A DNA stretch of 64,000 nucleotides from a virus. Below are positions 56,527-63,741 of this stretch, one piece after another. A program made the translations under genes and the position numbers. The first letter of the stretch is position 1; each line of letters opens with the position of its first letter. The stretch lies in IMG/VR virus record IMGVR_UViG_3300036791_001907, positions 1 to 64,000 of that record. The stretch is one strand, 5' to 3'. The notes under the pieces were generated by a model. It saw only the letters and a list, made by a program, of their open reading frames with translations. It did no database searches and was not told the origin of the DNA.

Positions 56527-57274
56527 CCCCCACATCGCCAAGCTGGGCGGGCTGATCTACCCGTTCTCGATCCCGGCCATCCGCACCTGCCCCGGCCGGA
56601 GCGGCTTCTGCGAGTCGATCTGCTATGCCGACGATGGGTTCTTCCTGATGGAGAGCGTGCGGCAGAAGCACATCGCCAACCTGAAGCGGACTCGCGAGCC
56701 CGAGTTCGTCGCTGACGCCGTGGCCGAGATCAAGTCCCGGTGCATGGGCGTCGTCCGCGTGCACATGGCCGGCGACTACTACACGGCCAAGTACGCCGGG
56801 AAGTGGGTGTCGATCGTCCGCCAGTGCCACCGGACCACCTTCCTCTGCTACACGCGAAGCTGGAAGGTCGATGCGATCCTGCCGGTCCTGGCCACGCTGG
56901 CGACCCTGAAGAACATGAACCTGTGGTTCTCCACGGACCACGAGATGCCCGATGCGCCTGCTATTCCTGGTGTGCGAATTGCCTACCTGCTGGCTGACGA
57001 CGAGGACCCGTCCCGGGTTCCCGCTGGGCAACATCTCGTCTTCCGTGACAATGAGCGCGTGCCCCTGAAACGAGCCAACGGCGTGCTCGTGTGTCCTTAC
57101 GAGCAGGGCATCAAGCGCCAGGTCAAGATCACGTGTTCCAATTGTCGGATCTGCTGGACCCCTGAGAGGAAGAAGCATCATGGCCAAGCAGCCACCGAAG
57201 AAGAAAACCGCCGCCCGCCGCGCGCCGCGCGCCGCCAAGCCCGTCCCGGCAACTCCGGCCGCTCCGGCCGCTGA
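56489..57274 (+). CDS. Gp88-like (radical-SAM-related) Fe-S protein
   Basis: FSIPAIRTCPGRSGFCESICYA, VRVHMAGDYY, YTRSW and C-terminal CPY...CSNCRIC. Confidence 0.75.
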   Translation: MAARRRRPRLFGDPHIAKLGGLIYPFSIPAIRTCPGRSGFCESICYADDGFFLMESVRQKHIANLKRTREPEFVADAVAEIKSRCMGVVRVHMAGDYYTAKYAGKWVSIVRQCHRTTFLCYTRSWKVDAILPVLATLATLKNMNLWFSTDHEMPDAPAIPGVRIAYLLADDEDPSRVPAGQHLVFRDNERVPLKRANGVLVCPYEQGIKRQVKITCSNCRICWTPERKKHHGQAATEEENRRPPRAARRQARPGNSGRSGR

Positions 57275-57926
57275 GCCCGTCGTGGTCGACACCGGCACGG
57301 ACATCGTCGTTGCCGGGACCGAGCGCCCCAACACCCGGATCGTGCTCGATCTGGGGATCGACAACTTCGTCGCCGTCGGCGTGGTCCGCGCCGAGACCCG
57401 GCTGACCGCGCGGCTCGAGCAGCACGTCAGCGAGGCCCACCGCCTGGGCGTCGCGATCAGCGACCGGCTGGCCCAGCTCCACACGATCTACAAGGAGGTC
57501 AAACCGGATCCCCAGTTCGTGCGGGATTGCGAGGCTCTGGTCGAGGTGGCGGCGAAGGTTGGCATCAGGCTGTCGTTCGAGACGATCACGGGGGACTTCA
57601 ACCCGGACACCCTGAGGTATAACGTCGCCGTCCGGTTCCGCGGCGAGCTCACGACAAACCGGATCTACACCGTGGATGATAGGAATGCCGAGGCGCTCCG
57701 CGACGAGATCGCCGTGCTGCGAGTGCAGCAGAATGGGCAGACCCGGGAAGCCAAGGGCACCAAGGAGCGGCTCAACCCGGGACGGCTCGAGAAGCTGATG
57801 CGCGCCGGCATCGCCGAGAACGCGATGCGCGGCACCGAGGAAGGCGCCCAGACGCTCGAGGCCTGGCTCGCCTACATCGACGCGGCCGTCGACGGCCCCC
57901 TGCCTCGCCAGATCGGTGTCGACTGA
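57180..57926 (+). CDS. Hypothetical protein (basic N-terminal tail, coiled coil)
   Basis: SD GAGGA; good codon bias. Confidence 0.6.
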   Translation: MAKQPPKKKTAARRAPRAAKPVPATPAAPAAEPVVVDTGTDIVVAGTERPNTRIVLDLGIDNFVAVGVVRAETRLTARLEQHVSEAHRLGVAISDRLAQLHTIYKEVKPDPQFVRDCEALVEVAAKVGIRLSFETITGDFNPDTLRYNVAVRFRGELTTNRIYTVDDRNAEALRDEIAVLRVQQNGQTREAKGTKERLNPGRLEKLMRAGIAENAMRGTEEGAQTLEAWLAYIDAAVDGPLPRQIGVD

Positions 57927-57927
57927 C

Positions 57928-58158
57928 ATGGGCGATATCGTCTACTTCCTGGTCCGATCCGGGCGGGGAACATGGATTGACCCGGATGGCTTTACCGATG
58001 TGATCAGCGGCGGCTGGCGCGTTCCCCGCCGGCACCAGGGAGACTGGCAGTCGGTCACCTGGAAGCGCCGCCGCTATCAGCTCTTCGGCGGTATCCGCAC
58101 GGGCTACTTCATCTGCACCAACAACCCACTTCGGAGGCGTACATGCCCAAAAAAGTGA
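57928..58158 (+). CDS. Small basic hypothetical protein
   Basis: Tightly packed between neighbours. Confidence 0.55.
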   Translation: MGDIVYFLVRSGRGTWIDPDGFTDVISGGWRVPRRHQGDWQSVTWKRRRYQLFGGIRTGYFICTNNPLRRRTCPKK

Positions 58159-58991
58159 AGGCGGCCGTTACGCCGCGTAACGCCGGACCAGTCGACATGG
58201 AGGCCATCCCATCGTTCCCACTGACCAGCAACCAGTCGCTGGACTACGTCCGGGCGGTCCACCGCCATGTCTTCGGTAACGACTCGTTCCTGGTCGTGCT
58301 CTACGGCGCCCTCAATGTGGGGGGTCTTATTGGCACGGAGCACAACGGGATCGCCGTGCTCTGGGAGAACCGTGGCAAGGTCGTGCTTCTGGGTCACTAC
58401 CGGGACAGGTCATACATGCAGCCGAGCAATTCCCAGCGCCAGGAATATGCGCGGATCTGCGTCCTGAAGGCGACCCAGTTCCGGTCGTTCATCAACAGCC
58501 ATCCGTTTGCGCAGTGCCAGGTCATGGTCGCCCGGCCTCAGCCGATCGTCCGGCCGAAGCTCCGGTTCAGAGCTGCCGACTTCACGGCGACCCCGTTTCA
58601 TTCGGCCCGGAGCAAGGTCGCATTCCTCAAGGCCCTGATCCAGTTCCTCTGCGACCACTGCGACCAGGATCAGTTCAGTCGGCAGCTCTACGATGGACTA
58701 TCCCAGCATCTGGGGCACATCGCCCATTACAACCGCGATGGGTTCTACGCCGAATGGTTCGTGGACCCGGCCGCACGGATCCGGTTCCTTGAGTACCATA
58801 CTCGTGTGCAGCTCTGGGGCGACTGGAGCGATGTTCGCAAGGCGCTCCAGCAGTGGATCGAAGGACCGGAGGGGCAGGCCGTGTCCGGGCACTGGCGGAA
58901 CGTGCTGGCGGCGGCGCGCGAGCAGGCCGAGCGGCGGGAGCTTGCCCGGCTCAAGGCCGTGTACGAACCCGCCAATGGGGAGGCACCATGA
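58143..58991 (+). CDS. Two-domain hypothetical protein (GHIAHYNRDGFYAEWF motif)
   Basis: SD GGAGG; the C-terminal motif is typical of MGE hypothetical proteins. Confidence 0.6.
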   Translation: MPKKVKAAVTPRNAGPVDMEAIPSFPLTSNQSLDYVRAVHRHVFGNDSFLVVLYGALNVGGLIGTEHNGIAVLWENRGKVVLLGHYRDRSYMQPSNSQRQEYARICVLKATQFRSFINSHPFAQCQVMVARPQPIVRPKLRFRAADFTATPFHSARSKVAFLKALIQFLCDHCDQDQFSRQLYDGLSQHLGHIAHYNRDGFYAEWFVDPAARIRFLEYHTRVQLWGDWSDVRKALQQWIEGPEGQAVSGHWRNVLAAAREQAERRELARLKAVYEPANGEAP

Positions 58992-60208
58992 GACGGAAGA
59001 GGCGGAGACGATACGACTACAGCCGCGACGAGAAAGCGTTGCCCAAGGCGGAGCCACTCACGGGCGAGATCATCGGGGCGAGGCGACTGGGCGTGCGGTT
59101 CCTGGAGGAGGGGATCATCGCGCTTGGGCACGTCGCCGAGCGGTGGCGGCTCACTGATGACATCGACGCCTTGCTGGCCCCCGATGACGAGTTCGTTGCC
59201 GGCAGCTCGTATCGCGAGATCAGGAAGGCCCTGGAAGCACGGCATCCCTCGCCGGTCCCTGGCGTGAGCCGGGTCGAGATCTGCAACGGCAGCGACATGA
59301 AGCTGCACGTCATGCCGTTCGCCGACTCGGTGATCGTCCAGGTCAGGAGGAACCCGCAGCACGTCCAGTACCGTTGGGGTGATAGTTACATCAAGACCTG
59401 GATCATCAATGCGATCGAGACCCTCACACGGCTCACCGCCGGGGGCGAGGACCTGCTGATCTCGCACGAGGCCGAGGAGATCATTCGTACCCGGGAGGAC
59501 TTCGAGGGATCGGACCTGGTCATCGCCCGCCGCGACAACTGGTACTCGATCGTCAAGTACCGGCCCAGCAAGGCCGCAGCACGGCGGCATACCAGGACCA
59601 CGATCAAGAAGAAGGATGAACACGCCAATGAACTGGTCGTGGCGGCCCGCGAGCTGCGCGGCGCCGCGATCGAAGCTTATGCTGCGCTCCGCGAGGAGCT
59701 GGACCGGTTCGGCGCCTGCGCCGTTCTGACCGAGATCAAGCCCCAGAGACACTATCACAGCGATGACGACACGAATTCGCTGGTCGGGGTCCGGTACATC
59801 CACGCGCTGCTGCCGATCCATGCGGCCCTCCTGGGCAAGCATGCCTATCGTTACAATCTCCTCTGGCAGGGGTTTCTCGACAAGGTCCGGGCCCGCCTCC
59901 AGGACCTCGACGATGTCACCTGGGGCAACTACGGGGACGTCAAGCCGTGGCTCGAGGCTGAGTGCCGACTCCGGAAGCTGCCGCCGACGGCGAAGATGCT
60001 CGCCGCGAAGGCTGCGGCCGAAGCCGAGGAACTGCGGAAGCTGACCTGCGCCCGCTGCGGCGACCCCGTGCCCAACATTCATCACCTGAGCTGGCCACCG
60101 ACCGGATGCCGGACCCGGTATCCACGGGAAGCCAGGCTCTGCGGCGCCTGCTGGCAGTTCGAGTACGAGACCATCGGTGTGGCGGAACCCGTGGCCGCGG
60201 ACGGCTGA
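58988..60208 (+). CDS. Hypothetical protein with C-terminal zinc finger
   Basis: SD GGAGG; CARC...CGAC. Confidence 0.6.
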   Translation: MRRKRRRRYDYSRDEKALPKAEPLTGEIIGARRLGVRFLEEGIIALGHVAERWRLTDDIDALLAPDDEFVAGSSYREIRKALEARHPSPVPGVSRVEICNGSDMKLHVMPFADSVIVQVRRNPQHVQYRWGDSYIKTWIINAIETLTRLTAGGEDLLISHEAEEIIRTREDFEGSDLVIARRDNWYSIVKYRPSKAAARRHTRTTIKKKDEHANELVVAARELRGAAIEAYAALREELDRFGACAVLTEIKPQRHYHSDDDTNSLVGVRYIHALLPIHAALLGKHAYRYNLLWQGFLDKVRARLQDLDDVTWGNYGDVKPWLEAECRLRKLPPTAKMLAAKAAAEAEELRKLTCARCGDPVPNIHHLSWPPTGCRTRYPREARLCGACWQFEYETIGVAEPVAADG

Positions 60209-60236
60209 TCCGTCTGGGAACTCCGGGAGGAACATC

Positions 60237-60785
60237 ATGGTCGGGAAAGCCTACGGACCACGGGGCATGATGAAGTCCCGCGAGGATGTGACCCAGGGAT
60301 GGGCCCAGGCCATCAAGGCCAACGTCCGGCCGCCTGAAGGCGGCGTGCTCACGGACGCGGCGGCCAGCGACTACGCCGATCAGTTCTGGAGGTCGCTGGA
60401 GCAGCGCCATGTGCCGATCAAGGAGATCATGGCGGTACCCGGCAGGGACGCTGTGGCATGGGTGCTGCTCGCCGCAGCTCCGGCTACAACCATTGAGATC
60501 GACGCGATGGCGATCGACGAACCCCCGGAATTCGAGGAGGACCATGTGAAGACGGCGCAGGGCAAACCCATCGATCTGGGGACGCGCGATGTGACGGTAT
60601 CGGTATACGCGCTCCTCAATGCCACGATCCGCGTCAAGGGCGATGACGGCGAGTATCATCCCGTGCCTGTCCAGGCCGAGCTCGAGATCCATCACGGGAG
60701 TCTGCGCCAGCTGGTCCAGAAGGCCAACACGAACATGTCGAAGAAGAGCAGCGACGGCGCGGTGACCGTTCGCATCCGCGGGTAA
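60237..60785 (+). CDS. Hypothetical protein
   Basis: SD GGGAGG before ATG 60237. Confidence 0.55.
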   Translation: MVGKAYGPRGMMKSREDVTQGWAQAIKANVRPPEGGVLTDAAASDYADQFWRSLEQRHVPIKEIMAVPGRDAVAWVLLAAAPATTIEIDAMAIDEPPEFEEDHVKTAQGKPIDLGTRDVTVSVYALLNATIRVKGDDGEYHPVPVQAELEIHHGSLRQLVQKANTNMSKKSSDGAVTVRIRG

Positions 60786-60799
60786 CCCAATGAAGGAGG

Positions 60800-61057
60800 A
60801 TGATGGGCATGTGGACGTCTTATCTTCAGCTCCGCGGCGCCGAGGCCCGTGCGGCCGGACGGTCCCGCGACGATCACCAGCTCGACAGCCAGGACGCGGC
60901 GCTGTGGCTGGAGGGCTACGATGCCATGAACCAGAGGATCACGTCGCTCCTCGGCGAGATCCGCAGGGGTTGGCTGGTCCCGCACGTCGTCTTCGTCCAG
61001 CGAGAGCGACCCAGCGTTCCCGTGGTGATCACTCCGATCCGAGGATTGTCCGAATGA
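60800..61057 (+). CDS. Small hypothetical protein
   Basis: SD AAGGAGG; the start may be 60803 or 60809. Confidence 0.5.
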   Translation: MMGMWTSYLQLRGAEARAAGRSRDDHQLDSQDAALWLEGYDAMNQRITSLLGEIRRGWLVPHVVFVQRERPSVPVVITPIRGLSE

Positions 61058-61278
61058 ACAAGCCCAAGTATCACCGCGGCCAGAAGTTCCGGATGGGCAG
61101 CGACGGCTCGCGGTTCGAGATCGAAAACGTGCGCGTGCTGGCACCCGATGATCGGATCGGCTACGAGCTGCGCGGCCTGGAGGAACCATTCCAGGGAATG
61201 GTTCTTCACCGCTTCGAGGCCGAGCTGGAACGCGACTTCGAGCTGGAGCCAGAACCACCAAAGGAGGACCCAGCGTAA
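61054..61278 (+). CDS. Small SH3-like hypothetical protein
   Basis: SD GAGGA; PKYHRGQKF start. Confidence 0.55.
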   Translation: MNKPKYHRGQKFRMGSDGSRFEIENVRVLAPDDRIGYELRGLEEPFQGMVLHRFEAELERDFELEPEPPKEDPA

Positions 61279-61289
61279 CGATGCAGCGA

Positions 61290-61318
61290 ACCGACGGCCA
61301 GCGGTATATCTGGCGGTG
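61290..61318 (+). repeat. Array leader hairpin, copy 1 (ACCGACGGCCAGCGGTATATCTGGCGGTG)
   Basis: 29-nt repeat also found at 62220 and 62529. Confidence 0.9.
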
Positions 61319-61320
61319 AT

Positions 61321-61688
61321 GGCAGCGATGGGTATGTTGCGGCGGGCCGAGCTACGTCGTGGTAGGTCCGGCAGCTGCGGTTGGGTTCGTCATGGCGAGC
61401 CGAGCATGGGTATGCTCCGTCATGGCAGCCGAGGCATGGTTTGTTGGACCATGGCGAGATGAGCTTAGCCGAGCTTCGGCGAGGCAGCCGGGGTGTGGTT
61501 CGGCGGGCTGTGCGGCGCCACGCCAGGGTTGGGCAGCTCAGATCAGGTGTGGACAGCTCTGGCCGGCAGCGCCAGGTCATGGCAGCCGAGGATAGACCTG
61601 GCCAGCCACGCGGAGCCGTCGTGAGCCGGGGCAGCATTGGCTGGTCACGTCATGACACGGCCAGTCGAGCACGGCCATGTTATGTCAG
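61321..61688 (+). ncRNA. Pentamer-periodic guide-RNA array 1 (7 units; GNY-NN modules)
   Basis: GGCAG anchors at 61321, 61370, 61424, 61483, 61532, 61581, 61630 and GTCAG at 61684. Spacings are 49, 54, 59, 49, 49, 49, 54, all 9+5n. Confidence 0.8.
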
Positions 61689-61706
61689 CATTGAAAGGAG
61701 GTGAAT

Positions 61707-61928
61707 GTGTCAAAGATAGTTCATTTGATCTATCATCGCGTCCCCAACGATCGGATCTCAGACATGAGCGAGGTCGTGGGGGTCGTGACCACGGGCTGGC
61801 AGGATGCCGATGCGATCGTGGATCAGCTCAACGCGCGGGACCCATCCGGATTCGGCTGGCAGCGCGACTACTGGAAAAAGGAGGTTGATGTCATCACCAA
61901 GGATGATGTTCCGCGTCGCACTCCATGA
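61707..61928 (+). CDS. Small hypothetical protein between arrays
   Basis: Perfect SD AAGGAGGT; GTG 61707. Confidence 0.6.
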   Translation: MSKIVHLIYHRVPNDRISDMSEVVGVVTTGWQDADAIVDQLNARDPSGFGWQRDYWKKEVDVITKDDVPRRTP

Positions 61929-61940
61929 CAGGAGACAGCG

Positions 61941-62207
61941 ATGATCTGTCCGGAATGCGGGCATTCCAACCCGGTGATCGCCGCCGAGTGTCTCAAGTGC
62001 CGGTGCCGGTTCCTGGAACACGGTTGTTTTTCCGAGCAGTATCAGCACCCGCTCGTCGGCAAGCGAATCCAGGTCAATACCAGGACCGGCTGCATGGCCG
62101 AAGGGGTCGTGGAGCGGGTGGTGTCTTCACGTTTCGGCCTGCTCGCCTGCCTGGAAGGCGAAAACGGCAGGGCCTGGGCCGTGAACCAATGCACGCCGGT
62201 CACCTGA
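61941..62207 (+). CDS. Zinc-ribbon protein between arrays
   Basis: SD AGGAG; CPECG...CLKC. Confidence 0.65.
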   Translation: MICPECGHSNPVIAAECLKCRCRFLEHGCFSEQYQHPLVGKRIQVNTRTGCMAEGVVERVVSSRFGLLACLEGENGRAWAVNQCTPVT

Positions 62208-62219
62208 CCGGCGTCATGG

Positions 62220-62248
62220 ACCGATGGCCGGCGGTATATCCGGCGGTG
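62220..62248 (+). repeat. Array leader hairpin, copy 2 (ACCGATGGCCGGCGGTATATCCGGCGGTG)
   Basis: Compensatory stem change GCCAG/CTGGC to GCCGG/CCGGC. Confidence 0.9.
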
Positions 62249-62250
62249 GT

Positions 62251-62522
62251 GGCTAGCCCTGGCGACATCAGCAATGGTCGCGCGAGCACTGCCGTGGCGC
62301 GTTCAGGCAGTACAGGCGGGGTGATGCGGGCAACGGCAGGGCCGGGTCCGTCCGGCGATGTCATGCCACGGTATGGCAGCTCAGGTGAGTTCAGATCGGC
62401 CATGCGCGGGCTGGCTGCGGTGACCAGAGGTGGGTCGAGCCGTGGCGAGGCAGCGTAGCCATGGAAGGGTCGGGTCGGTTGAGCTGCGGCGAGCCCAGCT
62501 GACGCAGGGCTGGCCGCGGCAG
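62251..62522 (+). ncRNA. Pentamer-periodic guide-RNA array 2 (4 units)
   Basis: Anchors GGCTAG 62251 and GGCAG 62306, 62375, 62449, 62518; spacings 55 (1-nt insertion), 69, 74, 69. Confidence 0.8.
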
Positions 62523-62528
62523 CAAAGA

Positions 62529-62557
62529 ACCGATGGCCAGCGGTATATCTGGCGGTG
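62529..62557 (+). repeat. Array leader hairpin, copy 3 (ACCGATGGCCAGCGGTATATCTGGCGGTG)
   Basis: Third copy of the 29-nt repeat. Confidence 0.9.
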
Positions 62558-62569
62558 ACGGGAAGCATC

Positions 62570-62628
62570 GGCAGCGACGGAATGGCAGGGCAAGTTGCGT
62601 CTTGTTCCGGCCAGCCAAGTCATGGCTG
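62570..62628 (+). ncRNA. Pentamer-periodic guide-RNA array 3 (single unit matching the adjacent Cas7-like gene)
   Basis: GGCAG 62570 to GGCTG 62624 (54 nt); the NN string matches 62854-62883 at 9 of 10 dinucleotides. Confidence 0.8.
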
Positions 62629-62754
62629 CGTCGTATTGCCGATCACTACGAGGACGATCCGCCTGCGCGGTGGATCGGAACACGTACTGAACACCCTACA
62701 GTTGCAGGGCCGCGGGACGCGCGGCCCGTCTCACTGGCGACAAAGGATGATCCA

Positions 62755-63666
62755 ATGCCAGCCAAGAAAGGTCCGGCCAAGGGGACAGTCCCGGTCAACA
62801 TCCCCCAGCCACAGATCCTCGACTTCGGGATCGGACTCATCGGCGTGACGCCGACGATCTCGAACGCATTCCCGCAGAAGATCCGTGAGAAGCTCGTGGC
62901 TGATCACATGCACATGCCTGAGGCCCTCATCCCCCACGAGGCCAAGGACCCGTGCGCCAACTTCAGCGCGTGCATCCACTACGTCAAGTCCAAGGACGGT
63001 GGGGTCAACTTCGCCATGCCCGGCTCCTCGTTCAAGGGGGCCATGGTCGCGGCGTGCCGGATGACCAACAAGAAGTTGGACATGGCCAGTGCCAAGCAGT
63101 TCTTCCAGGTGATCCCGTTCCGGGTCCAGATGTACGGCGACGAGCCGATCATGTGCGAGCACCGGGTCCGCAACGACAACGGCGGCGTCGACATCCGGCA
63201 CCGGGCCATGTACTGCCGTTGGTCGGTGATCCTGCCGATCCGCTACCACGCGGGGTCGATCTCCAAGGAGTCCCTGATCTACCTGGCGGAGCTGGCCGGC
63301 TTCGGCTGTGGCATCGGTGACTGGCGGATCGCGGCGCCCAAGAGCCCCAACGGGCAGATGGGCGCCTTCCGCGTGGCCCGCGAGGGCGAGATCGTCGGCC
63401 CGGCGTACTCCAAGTGGTGCGCCAAGAACCCGTTCGACTGGGACGAGTTCGAGCAGTACGGCATCGTCCCGCCCGCGCGGGTCGAGTACTACCGCAAGGC
63501 CGCCGAGATGGTTCGCGGCCTGCCGCCCGAGCAGCGGGGCACGCCCAAGAAGGGCAAGAGCCGGAAGGCTGTGCCCACCGCTGCGGCCGCCGCGGCGATC
63601 ATCAACGGCGTCCAGCCCGTCGACGGCCTTGAGCCGCCCGATGACGGCTACGTGCCGCAGCAGTAA
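62755..63666 (+). CDS. Stand-alone Cas7/RAMP-like RNA-binding protein (candidate guide-RNA effector, Vipr-like)
   Basis: SD AAAGGA before ATG 62755. RAMP hallmarks: beta1 IGLIGVTP, MPGSSFKGAM (cf. IPGSSLKGA), thumb region HRVR...DIRHRAMY..W and Gly-rich loop AGFGCGIGDWR...GQMGAFRV. Confidence 0.75.
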   Translation: MPAKKGPAKGTVPVNIPQPQILDFGIGLIGVTPTISNAFPQKIREKLVADHMHMPEALIPHEAKDPCANFSACIHYVKSKDGGVNFAMPGSSFKGAMVAACRMTNKKLDMASAKQFFQVIPFRVQMYGDEPIMCEHRVRNDNGGVDIRHRAMYCRWSVILPIRYHAGSISKESLIYLAELAGFGCGIGDWRIAAPKSPNGQMGAFRVAREGEIVGPAYSKWCAKNPFDWDEFEQYGIVPPARVEYYRKAAEMVRGLPPEQRGTPKKGKSRKAVPTAAAAAAIINGVQPVDGLEPPDDGYVPQQ

Positions 63667-63741
63667 CCACTTCGTGCAGGAGGACGACCGGGGGCCAGGA
63701 TGGCCCCATCTTTCCCGCAACCCTAGCAGCAAGGATCGAAC

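Noticed and set aside
61148-61704. ORFs 61148-61462, 61359-61595, 61381-61704 (+) and 61206-61637 (-) over array 1
   Set aside because: The periodicity is 5 nt, not 3 nt. The translations are Arg/Gly/Ser-rich without codon bias or SD, so they are by-products of the array.
61290-62557. Canonical CRISPR array interpretation of the three 29-nt repeats
   Set aside because: Spacing is 930 and 309 nt with genes in between, the intervening sequence is itself periodic, and no cas1, cas2 or cas6 is present.
61321-62628. Simple decayed microsatellite
   Set aside because: Variation is concentrated in two of five positions, unit lengths are quantised around fixed anchors, and one unit decodes to the neighbouring gene.
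61925-62754. ORFs 61925-62458, 62200-62568 (-) and the 74-aa N-terminal extension (62533-62754) of the Cas7-like ORF
   Set aside because: They overlap the leaders and arrays. The real start is ATG 62755, which has an SD and marks the onset of normal codon bias.
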